From Chlorokybus atmophyticus (lineage: Eukaryota; Plantae; Mesostigma and Chlorokybus algae): a stretch of 64,000 bases of DNA. The translations under genes were made by a program, and so were the position numbers. The notes under the pieces were generated by a model that saw only the letters and a list, made by a program, of their open reading frames with translations, did no database searches and was not told where the DNA came from. How positions within the stretch are numbered: position 1 is the stretch's first letter; the number at the start of each line of letters is the position of its first letter. The stretch is taken from positions 110,808 through 174,807 of the forward strand of contig RHPI01003079.1 in NCBI GenBank assembly GCA_009103225.1. Reading direction: 5' to 3'. This document shows, one piece after another, positions 51,654 to 62,286 of the stretch.

Positions 51654-53039
51654 TGTGTGTGTGATTGAGCACATGTGTGGCGCCACACTACGATGTAGTC
51701 ATGGCATGGGATTGGGTTGATTGAGGTTGCAGAGTAGAGACTTGTGCATAGTACCCTTAAGGTTGGTGTGTACATTATCGTATGGTACGTTGGTAAGTAC
51801 TAGTGTAGTGTAAGCGTCACGTAGCAGCACATTGCTGATTGAGCATGAGGTTTACACAATTAATTCCTACTTCTTTTCCGCACATAAACCACGGGATGTG
51901 TGTTGTATATGCCTTCATCTAGCCAAGTGTGTTAAGCTGTGTGCACATGGATGTGCATCACACGGAACAGTGCTCGGACCAGCATCATACTACACAAGTA
52001 TACTACCATGAGTGAAACCAACACTCATAAATCCCACCATACGACATCAACAAGTTGTGGCGGCAACAGCTTCTGTACTCTCACTACAAAATGGCAGCTT
52101 ATCTACTACTCTGCAACTCGCATATGAGTCCATGCGTATTGCCGTCGATGGCATGCACTTAATACGCATGACCTCACATGCGAATTAAGTGCATGCATGC
52201 CATCAATACAATACATGGGTTCGAAGTTCAGCCCATTGCACACTCAGCACATTCATGTTGCACATTTGCAAATGTACAACTCATATGGTGTGTGTTATGA
52301 TAACACACTAGCAATTGTGCATGTACAAAACCCAACTTGTATCAGCCATAATGTGCATTGTGTTGTATTAAGTCCTATGGGTGGTATGATAAAGATCAAT
52401 GTTGGAATCAATCCAAAGCTGCACGAACGCATGAGATTAGCATAAGCAACTAGTGATTACAGATGGTAATGATGTGTGACGCGCTACAAAGAGTACCGGT
52501 AGTAACCGAAAGCTCTAAGCTTGTAAAGGGTCGTTAGCAAATGGTTTGATACTTGTTGCTTAAGTGCATATGCGATGAAAAGGCATTGAACTTCTTGACG
52601 AACACAAGGCGCATACATAGGGTATAGCTAAGAGGTAGACAAAGCATAGCTAGCACAAACACCACACCACATACGTTTTCTGGATAGTAAAATGCGTTCT
52701 TGTAATGCATTATATTATTTAATCATGTTGCAATGACGATCTCAAACAACGATAGTTGTAGCGCAACAACTAATTAATATTTTTTTTTATGCATGCATAG
52801 TTTTATGTTTATTGTACTAAGACGCGCACGACTGCAATTATTACTACTGCAAACTATATGTCGCAATTTTACTCAAGTAGAATTGATAGCATGTAAAAAA
52901 AAGTGATTAAAACTACCACTCAGATTTACACCACTTGCAACAACGTAAGTAAAAAAGGTACATCATCAATTTGCGCATTAGAGAACAAGTGCAATTTTCA
53001 TAAACATTCTTACCATGCCTCACAACGTCTATCATGTTC

Positions 53040-56000
53040 CTCTCAACCCTCACGTGCTAAAGCTGTCAGCATGTAAGGGTTGAGAGTGTAGTCAACTTGA
53101 CAACGCATGTCACATAGTTCGGCTGAAGACTATGTTTGGTGCCCCTTTTATGTTAGCGGTTAATCGTTGGTGTTGAGTGGTAGAGTGTGAAACAGTTAAA
53201 GTGATGGTTACTGATGGCGGCATGGGGCCCGCCCTGACCTCGTACCGCGCGACACGCGCGTACATAACCGCTAACTTTTGCAAAGTTAGCGTTCAAAAGC
53301 CCGTACTCAGACTCGCCGTTGGGAATGGCGTTGCCGCTGAGATGCCTTCAAGATACTTTTAAGCATCTTTGCAATGATTGGCATTTTTCTACCTTTTTGT
53401 GGCAACGGCCCTTGTCAAGTGTATACATCATTTGTTGTATAGTTTATACAAACGAACGGTGGTCCAACGGCGCTATTTTATGTTGAGTTGAATCTTAACG
53501 TTAAGGTGTTTAAGGTTAGCATTATTTGCTGATTGTAAACGTTGCGTTATGCACCGTGAATTGCTGCACGTAACGTGGTAAAAATGTTGTTACTTAGTGT
53601 ACTACCTTGATAAGTGTTTTACATGCCCATACTATATGGACCATATGAAATCATATGCTGCCATATGTGGAACTTGTTGTGCTCAATCTAATTGATTGGT
53701 CGCATATATTTTGAGCAATTGCATGACGTGGGGATGTGCTACGGACGATCGAGACCTATTACATATGGATCGAACGGGTCAATACCTAGTGGTCGCCGTC
53801 TAGTCAATGAGAGGCATGCGGGCCGCGCATTCCGCGCAACCCGCAGTCGCGGGTGCTGTATGTCATGGCCATTAATGGCCTTGCGCGTGTGATGTGTTTG
53901 TGTGCCCTAATACCGGCCGGCTGAACGATGTTACTTGATTAAACTACGCTAATTGTGTGCGCACATGGAACAATATGTCGCCATATGTACATCGTGTATA
54001 GTCCTGATTGCACCATATTGTGACGATATGGGTCGTTGGTGATGGCGGCGGCTTTGGCGGCAGCGGCGATCGAGGTGTATGCTTGTCAAAAACGGTATGT
54101 CATGCACCATGAATTGCGAGCAGCATTACATTTTGTCACCACTGCGAACTGTGGAACAAGTGCAATGATCTGCTCTCCTCGTGGCAAGATGCGCAATGTA
54201 AGTTTGTCACACAAATGCAATTTTGTTTATTGTGCGGACATGTACAGCTTTACTCCTCTGCTTCCACATATCGGGCAATGAAGCGCCATTTTTCACGCAA
54301 TGTTCCCCCATACGACCTTGTCAATATGCTCATGGCACATTACTCCAAGTTTGAGAGTAATCACTACAGATGTAATCGTTGTTCCCATGGATCCGAGCAT
54401 TCCAATTACATTGTGTTGCGCAGCGCAATGTACATTTGCAAGCTGTTTGAGGCACACCCCATGGCAATGCAGATGTTGTCCGTTGCGAACACGTCCATTG
54501 TGCTTAAAGACTTATATAACCATACAGCTTCACTTCTGGCCAAGTGCAGATGAATATGATTAACGGTCCGTTTATCACCTGGGACGAATTCACACACTCA
54601 AACCAGCATGCTACGTTCTTGCTCAAGTTTTGGGACAGATATTACCTTCCAACACGCTGGTGCAGAAGTATCAAACCTTGGCAGAACAACCCTTTGTTTA
54701 CGATGCGATCCCTATTGTTGATTCTTCTACTATTCGTAGTATAGCGTCTCATGCACAATATCGCAATCCTTTAAACATTGCTGGCGAATCAGCATACACA
54801 TACGTTTTAACCACTTTGTTGCCATTTCCTTCGCAGTACAGTCAAAGTTATAATGGACACCATGTTGCGCGTTGAACATGTGTCGCTGCGAGACCCATGT
54901 GTTCCGCTATTAATACACATGGATACACGTAGTGTAACATCATTAAAGGTCTTACTGAAGAGTCTGCTTTATTTACAATGATATTTCCACATGGTCGAGG
55001 CTTCTGATCGAAATGTGTGCAGCCGACTGTCATTATGTCAAGTGTCGTCTCGCGCAATATTTCTCAGTTTTCACATTATACAAGCCCTATTTGCTGCTGA
55101 TGTACTAAATTCGTCAATCGCATCTTACAGTCAGACGTGCCACGAAGTCGCTGTTGACGCTGATATCCAAAAGTTCCTCAAACGACCAACTGCAACAATC
55201 CATGAAGCTATCAAAAACGCTGTGAAATACCGTGTTCTAGGTGACATCGTGGGGTCTCCAAGTTGGCATCGCATCGATCGCATCGATTGAGTGAGCTGTT
55301 GTGTTTAGTTGAGCATTGGGGTATGCCTCATTATTCATGTGACCGTGACTGACAGATGAAGTATCCAGCACCAAATTCCCTTAGATCACGGATTTGCAGG
55401 ATGCTCCACAGTATCTCCTCTCAACTTAATTGGCGCGATGCCCCTATGGAGTGCGCGCGTTTGTTTCATCATCGGTTTGGCAACTTCTTTGAAAAGTACA
55501 TCATGCAAAAAGACATCCGTGCGCGCATGATGCATAATGTTATCAGGTATGAGACGCAGCACCGTGGATCTTTGCATGCACATGTTATGGTTACATCTAG
55601 ATAATGTTGAACGTGTTTGCAATGGATTACTGTGTTTATCCTCGGAGAATCCGACCATGATCATCAGCAAATGATTGTGCCAACTAATCCCCAATTGCGA
55701 GTCTTTTATAAATATGTGGTACGCAAGCAATTCTACAAGTGTTCTGATGTTGGCAGTGGTTGCAGAGCCTTTAACAACAAGTGCGATATGGGCTTTTCAT
55801 ATTCGGTATAACCAGATCGACAACCAAAGTTTAACATTAAAACGCGCAGGTTTCAATACTATAGATCGTGCACTTGCAATCGCGACGTTGTTCCGACACA
55901 TTAAGTTCTGCTTATGTAATTGCTATCTGTGCACTACAAAATGGCCAAAAACAATCCACAAATTAGTCATGTATCGACCAGACCATAAGCTATGCACACC

Positions 56001-56977
56001 AACGCGAGACACAACGATCATATACGGTTGTGTCCTGCAAACGCAAGGCAACGGCTCTATTTACATTGCAAATCAAATTGTATCCGCATATTTAGCTCCT
56101 CGGAGAAGCCGCCACATCTCCGTCTCCAGAGCTACCTGCTGTGGCTGCAACTCCGAATGTATCACGCAACTTTCGCAGATGTGCATCTGGCTTCGAAACA
56201 TGAGCGTCTATCGATGCCTTTATAGACACAATTGTTCGCTCATACCGACGTAATGTGCGCTCGTGATCGCTTACACAACCACCAGCCTTGGCCATGAACA
56301 CACGAGCCTGCTCGTGATCAGAAGGACTGACGGGCACGCTGAGGGGCTTCAAAAGCTTTACACGCAGCATCCCGAAAGTGAGACAAGTACCACCTGCTAT
56401 CAAAACGCACAAACTTTAGAAGATCGGCAAAGGCAACATCTGCAATCCATTACCCGGTGTACTGCGGTGGTAGTGCAATGTGGCACGTGAGAAGCAAGTT
56501 TGCGCACTGGCGTGAAACTTCATAATGAAAGTCGGTCAGTGTCGACGGACACGCAGGAGTCCTGTTCCGGGCAAACTTGTCTCGGCCCCGTCCTGCCGTA
56601 GGACCTACGTGGATGAAGCAATTAAGCCTTTTAATACCCGTAATACCCGGCCCTGCACATGCAGCGGGGGCCGTGGCCGCAAACCGCTGGCGACTCAACA
56701 TCGATAGGGATAACGGCATGTTGCTTTCTGGCTTCCCACCGTCGCCGGCACACGTGAAACAGCCATACGCTTCCTGTCATCGCCAGTATCCACCCCAACT
56801 CAAATGCTTTCCTTATCCCGAATTTGATCGCCTCATCCACAACCATCGGCGTTAGATGCTCGAGAACCATCGCGGCAAGTGGTACCGTCTGCAAAGATAA
56901 TTGTTTGGCGCAGTGAGACGCGCGCGGCCTGGAGCGCGCGGCCTACTGTGGTTTTTATTCACTCGCTCGGGGGGGGG
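53040..56977 (+). mobile_element. Decayed Helitron-superfamily element (Rep domain only; Helentron/Helitron2-type)
   Basis: IVGSPSWHR (~55250); ECARLFHHRF; IRYETQHRGSLHAHVM (HUH motif, ~55545-55590); C...CDMGFSY. Heavily frameshifted; no PIF1 helicase seen before the gap; 5' limit approximate. Confidence 0.7.
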
Positions 56978-57177
56978 NNNNNNNNNNNNNNNNNNNNNNN
57001 NNNNNNNNNNNNNNNNNNNNNNNNNNNNNNNNNNNNNNNNNNNNNNNNNNNNNNNNNNNNNNNNNNNNNNNNNNNNNNNNNNNNNNNNNNNNNNNNNNNN
57101 NNNNNNNNNNNNNNNNNNNNNNNNNNNNNNNNNNNNNNNNNNNNNNNNNNNNNNNNNNNNNNNNNNNNNNNNNNNNN
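56978..57177. other. Assembly gap (200 N)
   Basis: Run of N. Confidence 1.
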
Positions 57178-57339
57178 TCGAGTGAAATGGTGGGTTGGGG
57201 GCCTTCGGGCCCCCTGAAATACGGTCATCGGGGGGACAGAATCACGATTTTGTCACAAGGTCCGACCGGTATAAGTCACAAAATTCCGCTATCACCTGCT
57301 AACGTCCCGATGGCCTGACCGCCATGATCCGGAGGAGGG

Positions 57340-57946
57340 TTTGCTCGTTCGGCTGTCGACCATGTTTGATGACGCAGTAACTACAGCGTTTACTTAATTA
57401 GCGTTAAATGGTGGAGTGGCTCAGTTAGAACGAGGGTGAGTAGTGGCGGCATGTCTTTGTTTGGGGTATGGGGCATGCAGCGACCTCGTACCGCCAAAAA
57501 CGCGACCTTTTTAACCACCAACTGTGCTGCAATTGCACCGAATCGCTAGCGAATTTGGGTCGCCGTTGGCAAGCACTTGCCGTTGAAATAGTTTTTAGCA
57601 TCTTTTATGCATCTCTGCAATGATTGACCAATACGCTGCCTTTTTCAGCAACGGCTGTTGTCACCGTTGCGATCCCATTTGAGAATTTTATAATGCGTGT
57701 CACCAAATGGTGGCCTACCGATGCAAATTTTTGTTTACTTAAAGCTTAACGTTAAGGTAAGCCAAGTTAGCATTTCTTTCTTTGACGGTTGTGACCTCGG
57801 CATTACTTACTGAATGTTATAGCACGTACTGTGGCGTAAACGTGACGTTGAATACTAAGTTTTATAACACTTAAGTGCAGGTTGCTAGCCATATTGCACC
57901 ATATTGCACCATTTTTTACCATTTTGTTACGTTAGACATCGTCTAT
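57340..57946 (+). repeat. Diverged second copy of the non-coding 5' region that precedes the Helentron Rep (similar to ~53115-53700)
   Basis: Colinear shared blocks: GTTCGGCTG..GAC.ATGTTTG, GACCTCGTACCGC, CGCCGTTGG, GCATCT.TGCAATGATTG, GCAACGGC, CTTAACGTTAAGGT, GTTAGCATT. Confidence 0.7.
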
Positions 57947-57948
57947 TA

Positions 57949-58138
57949 CCGTATTTGTGCGAATACAACCCCCCCCTATTACACCCCCCCCTGCCAAAAT
58001 ACCCGGGGGGGTTTTTGTTTGTCATACAACCCCCCTGACCCTAATACACCCCCAGGGGAGGGGGGGTGTAATGCATCATGTATTTGCAGCGCGCGCGCAC
58101 GCGCACGCACACGCACACGCACACGCACACGCACACGC

Positions 58139-58180
<42 letters not shown>

Positions 58181-60858
58181 GCGCACCATGCACATGCACA
58201 CACGCATGCGCACTATAACTTTCAGAGCTTCTAAACAAGTGTCATCAACATGTTAGACACGAATCACTGTCGCACAAGGCACAATGCATAAAGTTCATGC
58301 TATCTATATCACTCCTCAATGACTATCGTATCATTCCCGTCTTCCTGCACCATCTCATCCTCCCCCTCGCTCTGCGTGTTCCCATCATCGGCGTCATCAG
58401 CCTCAGCCTCCTCTTCCTCACAACCAGCCTTGCTCAAGGCCATCCGTGCTGCAATCTCCGCATCACGAAGCTCAATCTCCTCCTGCTCTTTAAGAGGCAA
58501 CTCATCTGTCCCAACCAGCTCCTCATCATCCTCCGAGAACTCAATGATGTCATCTTCGGAGCCATCCAATGCAATGCTGATCCCTGTGGTTTTTAAAGCT
58601 TTGCGTATGATGTCGGGGTTGAGCTTCTCCCAACTTTTAGCGACCCATTGCACAAGTGTGCGATAGCTTGGAGGTCGGCGAACGCCCTTGGGCGTGAAGG
58701 TGTGTTGTGTGTCATCCGCCGCCCACATTGCGTACTGACACAAGCAATTGTGTGAGCCAGATCTGGTCATACACCATGCAACAATTAATACAAGACGTTG
58801 ACACATGCACCATGCAGTACCTGAGCGCGCATGAGCCCCTTGAAGGGCTTATTGATGCTAACATCAAGTGGCTGCAGTTTGGAAGTCAGCCCACCCGGGA
58901 TCACGGCCATGTCGGCTCGAGCGTGCGAGGCTGCTTTCTTGACGCTGTCACACAAGTGTGCAGAGAAGCGATCCCACACCAACAAGCTTCTCTCGTTGAA
59001 AACCTGCTTGTCACAATGTTATGCTCTGGTGCATTTGTATGTGTGTGTGTGTGTTGTGTGCGCGCACGTGTGTTGTGTGCTGCTGCATGCGTACGCGTGC
59101 GTGTGCGAGCGCACGCACGCGTACGCATGCACCACCAGCGTGTGTGGTGTTGTGTGCTGATGCGTATGGGGGTGTGCGTTGTGTGCGCGCGCGTGTGTTG
59201 TGTGCTGCTGCGCGTACGCGCGCGTGCGCTCGCACACGCACGCGTACGCACCAGCACACACACACACACACACGCAACAACAAATCAAGATATTGACAAC
59301 TTCACAACACATAAAACACATGCATGTGCTCACCTTGTTTGGGCGCTTCTTGAGAACTTCATGAACCCATATCTCCGTGGTTTGCTCGTTCATCCAACCT
59401 TTGACGTTGGCCCACACAAGCACACCCGGCACGGGGTTGTCGGCAACTTCACGAGGCACATTCACCAACTTGAATATGACTACCGGCAAAAGCTTGCTAC
59501 CATCGGCAGCACACGCTAGCACAACAGTAAAGTTCTTGCACTCATTGCCTGTGCCAGCAATGTGCACGGTCCTACTACCACGTGCTTGTATGGTTGTGCC
59601 TGCTAACATATCATATGCAACAGGTGTTTCATCCATGTTAACAATGGCAGCAAGGCGATACTTGTTACGATCTCGCATCATGAAGATGAAGCGGCGAAAG
59701 CCATCCATCTTCTCTTGCTGGTCAGCGGGCAGTGCTTGAGCCACTTTGGTACGACGCCGCACTGTCAGATCGTGGCGTTTCATGAACCTTCTCAACCACC
59801 CTAGAGATGCCGAGATATCTACGCGTGCGGTGGGGTTCTCCTCGTTGTACTTCTTCAAGAACTTGCGTGCGTACTCCTGCATGTCAAGGCACTTAGCCAT
59901 GCATTGCCAGCAACGCATAGAGCCAAGCAATAAACAATGCACAACGCAAAACACACACAAACTAATGGTTACCTGTAGCATAGGTTGGGTAACAGCGCGC
60001 GCTTTGTTGCGCTCACCTCTGAAGTGATCAATGCATGCATCTTCAAGCAACTGCGATGCCACAGGTCTGCCCCCACGACCCACGCGGAATGCTACCTGTG
60101 GAGCAGCAAAAATTGCATCCTTCTTGGCTAACCATTCACGAATGGTCTTGGGTGCAACACCAATCTTTTTGGCGACTTCCTTTCTTGAAAGCCCTTGCTC
60201 TACCATTTTTATAGCTTTTTGCTGCATGCACACACGGCTATCAATTGAATGACATGATAAAATAGCTGTGGAGCATCATCTACAAGCACAGGTGCAGTGC
60301 CATGCGCTGGGTTTACCTTTTGCCACATAGTACGCTGATTGCGCAAGTACTGCTTCTGTTTTTGGGTTGTTCGCCGCATGGGCGCAAGCACCATGGGCTG
60401 CACTCCTGCTGGCCGCTCATTGGGCGCCGCATTTGCCGCGCCTGCATCACCATCATCTCCAGCGGCAGCGGCGGCAGCAGCAGCCGCTGCCGCAGCAGCC
60501 GCTGCCGCTGCAGCCGCTGCCGCAGCGGCTGCAGCTGTCTCTGCAGCAACAGCCGCAGCATTGGCTTCCTCCCTCAGCCTCCTGCTGCTTGCAGCCCTAG
60601 CAGCGCGCATGGCCGACATGGCCGCCGCCGCCGCCGCCGCCGCCGCCGGGCCAGTCGGTTACTGTGAGAGGCGACGGGAAGCCGCAGAGTTACGCATCAG
60701 TTACGCTGCGTCGCGTAACTGACGCGACGCAGCGTAACGCCGCGCATAAATAGTACCCCCCTCGTCTAATAACTCCCCCCCCCTAATACAACACCCCCCC
60801 TAAAATATTAGGGGGGGGGCTTTGTTTGTAGGGGGGGGTTGTATTCGCACAAATACGG
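57949..60858 (-). mobile_element. Complete pogo-superfamily DNA transposon (Passer/POGK-like, DD35D)
   Basis: Perfect 27-bp TIRs CCGTATTTGTGCGAATACAACCCCCCC at both ends; TA target duplication (57947-48 and 60859-60); C/G-run subterminal motifs. Confidence 0.92.
58309..60619 (-). CDS. pogo-type transposase (HTH - CENP-B-type HTH - DDE_1), 5 exons, open frame
   Basis: LSRKEVAKKIGVAPKTIREW; ASLGWLRRFMKRH; IVNMDETPV; FTVVLACAADGSKLLPVVIFK; KGWMNE; LLVWDRFSAH + 35 aa + QPLDVSINKPFK. Four GT-AG introns join in frame; poly-Ala N-terminus. Confidence 0.9.
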
Positions 60859-60929
60859 TACGCTCAATCAGTGTAATTTCAATCCAGTACTACGCCCTCT
60901 TTCACCCCGAATACAATTACCCCCATAAC

Positions 60930-61230
60930 ACACGGATTGACGTTCAAGGACCATGAATGGTCCGTGACGCAGGACCGGGATTTCCCCCTGCTAAATGAAA
61001 TCGGTGGACCTTGCATGGTCTGTTTGTCATTGACAGTCGGACCATTCATGGTCCGAATTTCACGTGAATGGTACCATTGTCCCTTGGTACGCACCACTTA
61101 AGGTCCGGCCGATTACTGTTGCGTCAGGACCAGATATGGTCCGGCCATCGGACCAGGGACTAAATCATATCATTACAAAACTTCAATTATAACTGGTCCG
61201 GCCAGCGGACCATGGACCGAAATTTATTAT
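60930..61230. repeat. Array of GGACC/GGTCC palindromic motifs
   Basis: GGACCATGAATGGTCC, GGACCTTGCATGGTC, GGACCATTCATGGTCC, GGACCAGATATGGTCC, GGTCCGGCCATCGGACC, GGTCCGGCCAGCGGACC. Confidence 0.75.
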
Positions 61231-61366
61231 GGACCAATGTCAATATGAGTGCAAATGCAGTAAAAGTTGACACATCTTTGCCGGCGGCACCGGCCACGCC
61301 CAACCTGCGGCGCACGAGGCCGCGGCCAGCTCCGCGGCGTTAGTGGAATGATTAGTCAAGAACACA

Positions 61367-61440
61367 CGCATCGGCCGGATTCGAACCCAGCACCTTTAGC
61401 ATATCAAAGACGACGCCCTAACCACTAAGCTACAAACCAC
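61367..61440 (-). pseudogene. tRNA-derived sequence (pseudo-tRNA or SINE head)
   Basis: A-box TAGCTTAGTGG, D-arm and B-box GGTTCGAATCC are present; anticodon stem is mismatched and the acceptor stem does not pair. Confidence 0.5.
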
Positions 61441-61643
61441 GTGCCGGTAGGGTCGCATGGCAACCTATATCATGTACAGTCTACCCTCGATATAATATAC
61501 CCTCACATTAAGAGCATTTACGATATAAGAGCCAAAAGGCCTTTGCAATTTCGTACATGGGGCAAAACCACCTCCCAATAAGAGTAAGAGCACTCGATAT
61601 AGGAGCGCTCTGGCCCTGTAGGCAACTCTCTTATTGAGAGGGA

Positions 61644-61661
61644 TTAGGGTTAGGGTTAGGG
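61644..61661 (+). repeat. (TTAGGG)3 telomere-like motif
   Basis: Directly visible, inside the Tigger-like element's 5' region. Confidence 0.7.
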
Positions 61662-62231
61662 GATTTTGCGCAGGGGGCGCAGGAGCAAGCGGCGGCGGAG
61701 GAGGAGGGGGGGGAGCAGGGAGGACGACAAAAAGAGGGCCAGGTGTGCCGTTGTTGTTGTTGTTGTTGTCCTCCTGCTTTGCCTGCTCCTCCGCCGCCGC
61801 TTGCCCCTGCATGCCGTCGTAATTGAACAACTTGAACAGCTTGCAGGCTGCCGTCATTCAAGTTGTTTACGTTGCTGCTGAGCAGCAACGTGAACAACTT
61901 GAACAACTTGCAGGCTGCAAGTTGCTGCAAGTTGCTGTTGCTGTGATGGGTTGCGTTATAATAGTAGTTGTTGTTGTGTGCTGGGTTGTGTTGTTGCTGT
62001 TGGTGTAGTCGTCATTGTTGCTGTCGTTGTTGACACACTCTGGCTATGTGCAGGTAATAACATGTGCATGCATGCATGTATGCTGCACGGGGTAAGGGCA
62101 GTAGTGAAGGTAGGTAGGTAGCGACTAGGTGAACAGCCCGGTGGTTGAATATGAGTGTTTGATGGTGTAGTGTGCTGACTGCCTGTGCATGTGTCACACT
62201 CTTATGCATGCCGCAATCCTTGCATATTTAT

Positions 62232-62271
<40 letters not shown>

Positions 62272-62286
62272 CTGTTTTGTCACAGC

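Noticed and set aside
56958-57186. TTCACTCG / CGAGTGAA inverted repeat flanking the N gap
   Set aside because: Only 8 bp and the true spacing is unknown because of the gap.
57875-59519. Long ORFs rich in RT/HT/CV/AH dipeptides here and throughout the host genes
   Set aside because: Artefacts of (CA)n, (GCACAC)n and TG-rich introns, or antisense shadows of real exons.
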